Shown: one piece after another, positions 43,973-48,832 of the stretch
How positions within the stretch are numbered: the stretch's first letter is position 1
How the letters are laid out: each line of letters opens with the position of its first letter
Origin: Phoronis australis
Taxonomy: Eukaryota; Animalia; Phoronida
DNA: 48,832 nt
Assembly: GCA_002633005.1 (NCBI GenBank)
Contig: NMRA01000393.1
Span: 6,437-55,268, forward strand
Reading direction: 5' to 3'
Program-made: the position numbers and the translations under genes
Notes under the pieces: generated by a model
Seen by the model: the letters and a program-made list of their open reading frames with translations, nothing else
What the model was told of the DNA's origin: nothing
Database searches by the model: none

Positions 43973-45382
43973 CAGGGAAATACCCAGGTTTCTAAACCCT
44001 GCTCGCTAGCTGGGCCAGTGAGCCAGAAAATCTACTCGCCCAGCCCGAAGTTCAGTTGCCTGGCCGTTTGCATCTGTCACCAAACTTGCCGCCAGACGCC
44101 AGTGTCAATAAAAATCATTGTTTTGTGCGTTGATGTCACCATCTATTAGGGCTACCGTATTCGCCCAAAGTGCTTAGAAAAATTCGTTTCAGAAGGGGGC
44201 GCTTGTAGCCTAAGGCGGTTGTAACCCGGTGTGTGTTCAGTAGACGCTAGGACCTACCCTAGGACCTAGCTTAAACCTAGTCAAAGTCACGTGCTTTCAT
44301 TTAAAATACACGGCAATATCTCATGTAATCTCGCGAAGTCTTGCTTTTTAGCTAGGTCCTAGCGTTACGGAATGGGAGGCTGGTTTCCGACTAAATTGCG
44401 AAATCGGAAGCTAGGATTCATCGAATTTACGTATCTGTAACCAATGACAGACTCTACAAAACTGGTGCATCGCTATCAAACTTTGTTGTTAAATTACGAT
44501 CTTTTTTAAATGTGCTGAAATCCCAGGGCGAAAACTTTACGGACTGATGCGTCGCTGCCTCGCGATCGTCGATAGGGACGCTTGAATTCTTGAGTAAAAA
44601 TAGTTTCGACTCAACAAATTACCTGAAATCCTCCTTAAGTTTTCCAAATAGTGTCTCTTTGAAGCACTGCGGATGTTTGAAGTGTACAGTCACAGCTAAA
44701 TACCGACATAGCGGCGAAGCCTGTGGTCTAGAAATTCCACGCACAATAATTTTTCAGGACTGTCGGATATTATTGATAAATTGAAGACATTACTGTAGAA
44801 TTTTAGAACTGTACATAAGACCTTTTCGCATATGTACATGTCATGGACTGGGCACTTATTTTAGCTAAGTCTGAAAACGAGTTGGGGCGCGTATAGGGGC
44901 ATGGGCGCTTATTAGGACGAATGTTATTATTTATAAAATAATTTTGGCTAAAATGACATTGTACATTACAATAAGAAATCAGTTCCAAGAAATATTTCAC
45001 TTGCTGTGAACACATAGACCTGTCTTCTGCCGTTCTCCCCTTTTCTTCGTTTCGGACTAGTCCACGAATTCCTTTGTGCACGACTACACACTGTGATCTT
45101 TTGTCTAAACGAATCGCGTAACGGGTGACATCTACTGAATGGGTAGGATCGCACTGCGCCGATGTTTTTCACTGCCGGAGCATCGACATGCTGAACCTTA
45201 AATTCCTAATAAAAACAGCACAAGGAGGAGAAAATTTATTCATGTTCATCTGGGAAACGATATAGTGCATTTGTGCTCTGAAAATTCGCTCACCACCTGG
45301 GCGACCGGCAAGTCAACTTCTACGCGGCCAGCACCATTTTTACTCGCATTGGTGACTGGGTGAGTGGCTAAGTATATCCCTG
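43973..45382. mobile_element. Degenerate hAT-like MITE containing a nested insertion
   Basis: CAGGGAAATAC ... GTATATCCCTG termini; subterminal CTCGC/GCGAC motifs; flanks TGTCT / TGTCA. Confidence 0.55.
44153..44922. mobile_element. Degenerate Tc1/mariner (pogo/Tc2-like) MITE nested in the preceding element
   Basis: Left TACCGTATTCGCCC; right GGGCGCTTATTAGGACGAAT with the terminus eroded; same style as 19370-20682. Confidence 0.45.
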
Positions 45383-45654
45383 TGTCATGAATTTGGAAAT
45401 TGGAACTGCTTTATTTCTCATAGAGAAAATTGAGATATTAGACACTGTTCAATCTGGTTAAGGCTGACACACTGACAAGTAAGTTATTCATTAACAAACT
45501 GCCAAATATTTGAGTAAACAAAGAATTAAATTTGATGAGTGAAGGTTGACAGTATATATGACACAAGGTCCATTAATGGTTTGCTATCAAGTGATTAACT
45601 GAAAATTGCTAAGAATGGATACATTCAACTAAAATACATAACAACAAACCATGG

Positions 45655-45706
45655 AGACCTGCACCTCTAGAAGACCTGCACCTCTAGAAGACCTGCACCT
45701 TTAGAA
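45655..45706. repeat. 17-bp tandem repeat, 3 copies
   Basis: AGACCTGCACCTCTAGA. Confidence 0.85.
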
Positions 45707-46809
45707 ATGCATCTGCAAGAGGTTTTTACAAGCTAGTCAAAACATTTGAGGAAAAGACATTTTTCAAGAGGCGTGTTCATAGTAAGGGTGCAGACGCTTA
45801 ACAAGCATTGTAACTGGATGTCATTCATTTTGTCAATTGTGGTAATAGTGTTGTTTTTTTTCTTGGTTGGAGCACTACTCACATGTACATTGTCTAGCAC
45901 TACTCACATGTACATTGTTTAGCACTACTCAACAGTTATGTTGCCGGGGACCATTGCTCTCACTCATGTTCAGGATCTCCTTATGATAGTTTTCTCCCCT
46001 GTCCGTACTTTCTCTCTACCGAGACTGGAAGGCTAGTAGCTATTTTTTTATTTACGTATTATTGTTGAGGCTTGCTTACTTTTTGTTGCAGATATTGAAA
46101 TGACTGGAAAAATCAAGCAAATTAATATATTAATCTTTTGACAATAATTGTTTTTTGGCAAATAACAGTACAGATGAACACCAACATTTACATTTGAACA
46201 GTTTAACATACAACTTGCCATCAATATTGACATATGGAAACATCTGCATTGTGTGCATTAAGGCTGATGGGAGGGGTGGTGTTGGAATTGTGCTATTGTG
46301 AAAATGGCTATAATTGTAAACAGAACCTTATTGCTTAGCTTGTTGTTTTAGGTCTTGGAAATTTTCAAAAAGACTGGTTTGAAACTACATCTCTAGCCGT
46401 GTCTTGTGTGGTCCAGTCTGGTGGTGGTGAGGTGGCGCTCCATTCTGTTGGTGCTGAGGTGGCGCTCCAGTCTGTTGGTGGTGAGGAAACTCCAAGGGAA
46501 GCATTTCTACATTCTGGTACATGTAACTTTTATATTTAATATGTCTTAATTTCTGCGCATGATACAACATAGGGACGAAATGCAATGGAATATATCAATT
46601 TTTAAGCCAAATGTTGGAAATCCAGGCGAACAAAAAATATACAACTTTTCAGACAGGCACAAAAAGGGAATGAGTGGAAATTCCCTTTTTAAAATGTAAA
46701 GTGTTATGAGTGTTTGAGACTGTAAAGTCCCAGTGTGTATCACAATGCAAACCTGACACACATCCCCATGCAGAGGTATCAAGGCATGATCATATGATGT
46801 TATCCTCAC

Positions 46810-47076
46810 CCAGAGGGTACCTGAGCCTGGTATTGCAATTTCACTTGAGGTTACCAGGTCCCTTGTCTTGACTAATCAGCCAGGAGAACCAGGTCCTGAT
46901 CTTGGCCTTTGATAGAGGGTACTGCAGTGTGGTCTTGGCATCTTAGAGATGGTAGCATAGTCTGGTCTTGACCTCTCCTTGAGGGTACCAGAGTGTGGTC
47001 TTGTCCTCTCAGAGAGGGTACAGGAGTGTGATCTTGACCCATTATAGGAACTTAAGGTATCTGAGACTGGTGTTGG
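46810..47076. repeat. Degenerate ~33-bp tandem repeat
   Basis: GAGGGTAC...GTGTGGTCTTG core recurring at ~33-bp spacing. Confidence 0.7.
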
Positions 47077-48832
47077 CTCATTTGCCTGGAGTCACAGAAT
47101 TTGTGTCTGTTCTTATTTTATTTCATTCTGGATATGATGTCCCTATCAGTGGCAAAGATTCTCTATTTCAATTTTTATTGCAGATGCCACTGACCGATTT
47201 CATTTGGGAAAGATAAGGAAATTAGATTGCAATGAAACTGTGGTAAGTTTTTTTAATTACTGTACAGTAGTTTTAAAGAAGTTCACTCTTTTATCGAACT
47301 CCATCGAAATTGCGTGGAAAAGCATAAAGGAACTCACAATTAGAAGATTTCATGTTTGAATGTTGCAACAACTTTTTATGATTTTGGTGAAAATGTTAAG
47401 AAAGTTTCTGTCCTGTACGCAAGCAAAGAGAAACTAAATGCAATCAATGTGTATAGCATAATGCTGCTTCTTCTGCTATGCTAGTTTCTGTCTTTCATTT
47501 ATACTAGTGCTCGATTTGGCAACCTGCAGCTTGCTAATGCGACTTCAGATTGTGGTTGGCAACCATGGAAAAATCGCAAGTCACCACAGCGAGTGCCTTA
47601 GTCATACAACATTTCACTGTACATTCCAATCAAAGTTTGTGGTGACTTCTAAACTTTAGATTAGTAACACATTTTCTAGGTTCAGAACCTTAGGTTCACA
47701 GTATTGCTCTTTTATTTTGTGAAATCATATGGTAATTTTGTTCCAAGCAAAAGCATAGTATACATTCCATCAACTTGGACAGATGAAGACACCACCTGTC
47801 CATGTAATGCAGTATTTCCCCCCAAACATGTTGGGAGAGTTTTTTTTATTATTTTTTGTGAATCTGCCTGTGAGTTACAAACATGCTTTTATTTGAAATA
47901 ATAAAAATAATGTGTTCCCTAGAAATTTTCAAAATTGCCAGACGGGTCATCATTGCTTTATTAACTGAATTTCATGATTTCCTATAAGTGTCTTTCTGCT
48001 TCTGTGTTGGGTTAATTACGACTTTACTCAAGCGGTTGGGTATGGGATATCTTTTCTATAAACAGTGCAATGTTGGCCCACTGTATGCGATCTGACCACA
48101 TGATTTGGGAGCCTTACTGAATAATTGCAAGGTTCTGGAACATGGGGGTGACAAGTGAGAAATGGGCGGTTTCCTCTATATTTATTTCTGTGTCTTTGCC
48201 CACACAAAGGCTCCGACTTCCATCAACTTATTGCCTGAGACAGTCAATCATTCAATGAAGCACAAACCATTGCTGAGGTGAAGATATGGGATGGGAACCA
48301 GCCTATAGTTATCTCTTAAGTTGCCTGCATGATTTACATTTAGGCAAGATACAAACATTGACATCTTTTTCTACTTCTCAATTTGAGATCATCACCTGTT
48401 TAACTAAGTGAAGCTTCAAAACGCCCAAAGAGAGATTTCCCCCTCCTCCGACAAGTATTGCTTCACCACCTCATTCCTCTCAAAAGCCAGGGGAAACGCT
48501 TCATTTTTGCCCGTTCTGTGCCACTTAGTGGCAATTTTACTTTGAGGATCTTTTTGTGTTTCTATCGACAGAAACCTGGCTGATGCAGATTTTGGATAGT
48601 AACTGTTATCAATAAAGTTTGGAAGGTGTAGGCTGATAGAGGCAAGGGATATAGGTGAATAGAGTTTGAGGTGTAGTTTGGGAGAGTTTACATAGTGTAG
48701 GCTGACAGCTTGACATTCCATTTAACAGTTGACAATTTCAAGGACATATTGAAACATTTGAGATCTTAATTGATGGTTGGGTCACCTGCAGTCAGAAAAT
48801 GATTAAAGTAAAATATTTACTGCTGTACTTTT

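Larger units (their letters stand above)
43878..47242 (+). other. Possible plus-strand spliced transcript (candidate exons 43878-43933, 46352-46516, 47184-47242); product unknown
   Basis: Pyrimidine-rich AG acceptors, GT donors (two are GTAAGT), phases chain without stops; no recognisable homology. Confidence 0.35.

Overview
AT-rich, intron-rich eukaryotic DNA, probably from an invertebrate animal (inferred; the taxon cannot be read from the sequence). Positions 51-32517 carry, on the minus strand, 21 phase-compatible coding exons (3516 nt, 1172 codons) of a long-type ABCC/MRP1-like ABC transporter: TMD0, L0, TMD1, NBD1 and the start of TMD2. The gene runs off the left edge and its start-codon exon was not resolved. 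Its introns hold many minisatellites, a 5'-truncated L2/CR1-group LINE and several non-autonomous DNA transposons, some nested and several with 5-bp target duplications. The most striking element lies upstream at 39.6-41.1 kb: a head-to-tail array of a 386-bp miniature LTR retrotransposon (TRIM). It has 152-bp TG...CA LTRs containing a tRNA-like Pol III A/B-box promoter, a tRNA-Ser primer-binding site and a polypurine tract, and a diverged solo LTR with a 4-bp TSD sits next to it. Also notable are a 59-bp exon-end/splice-donor amplification split by a transposon, a GC-AG intron, an H-loop His>Gln change in NBD1, a ~540-bp foldback element and a possible divergent plus-strand spliced gene. All coordinates were read by eye.
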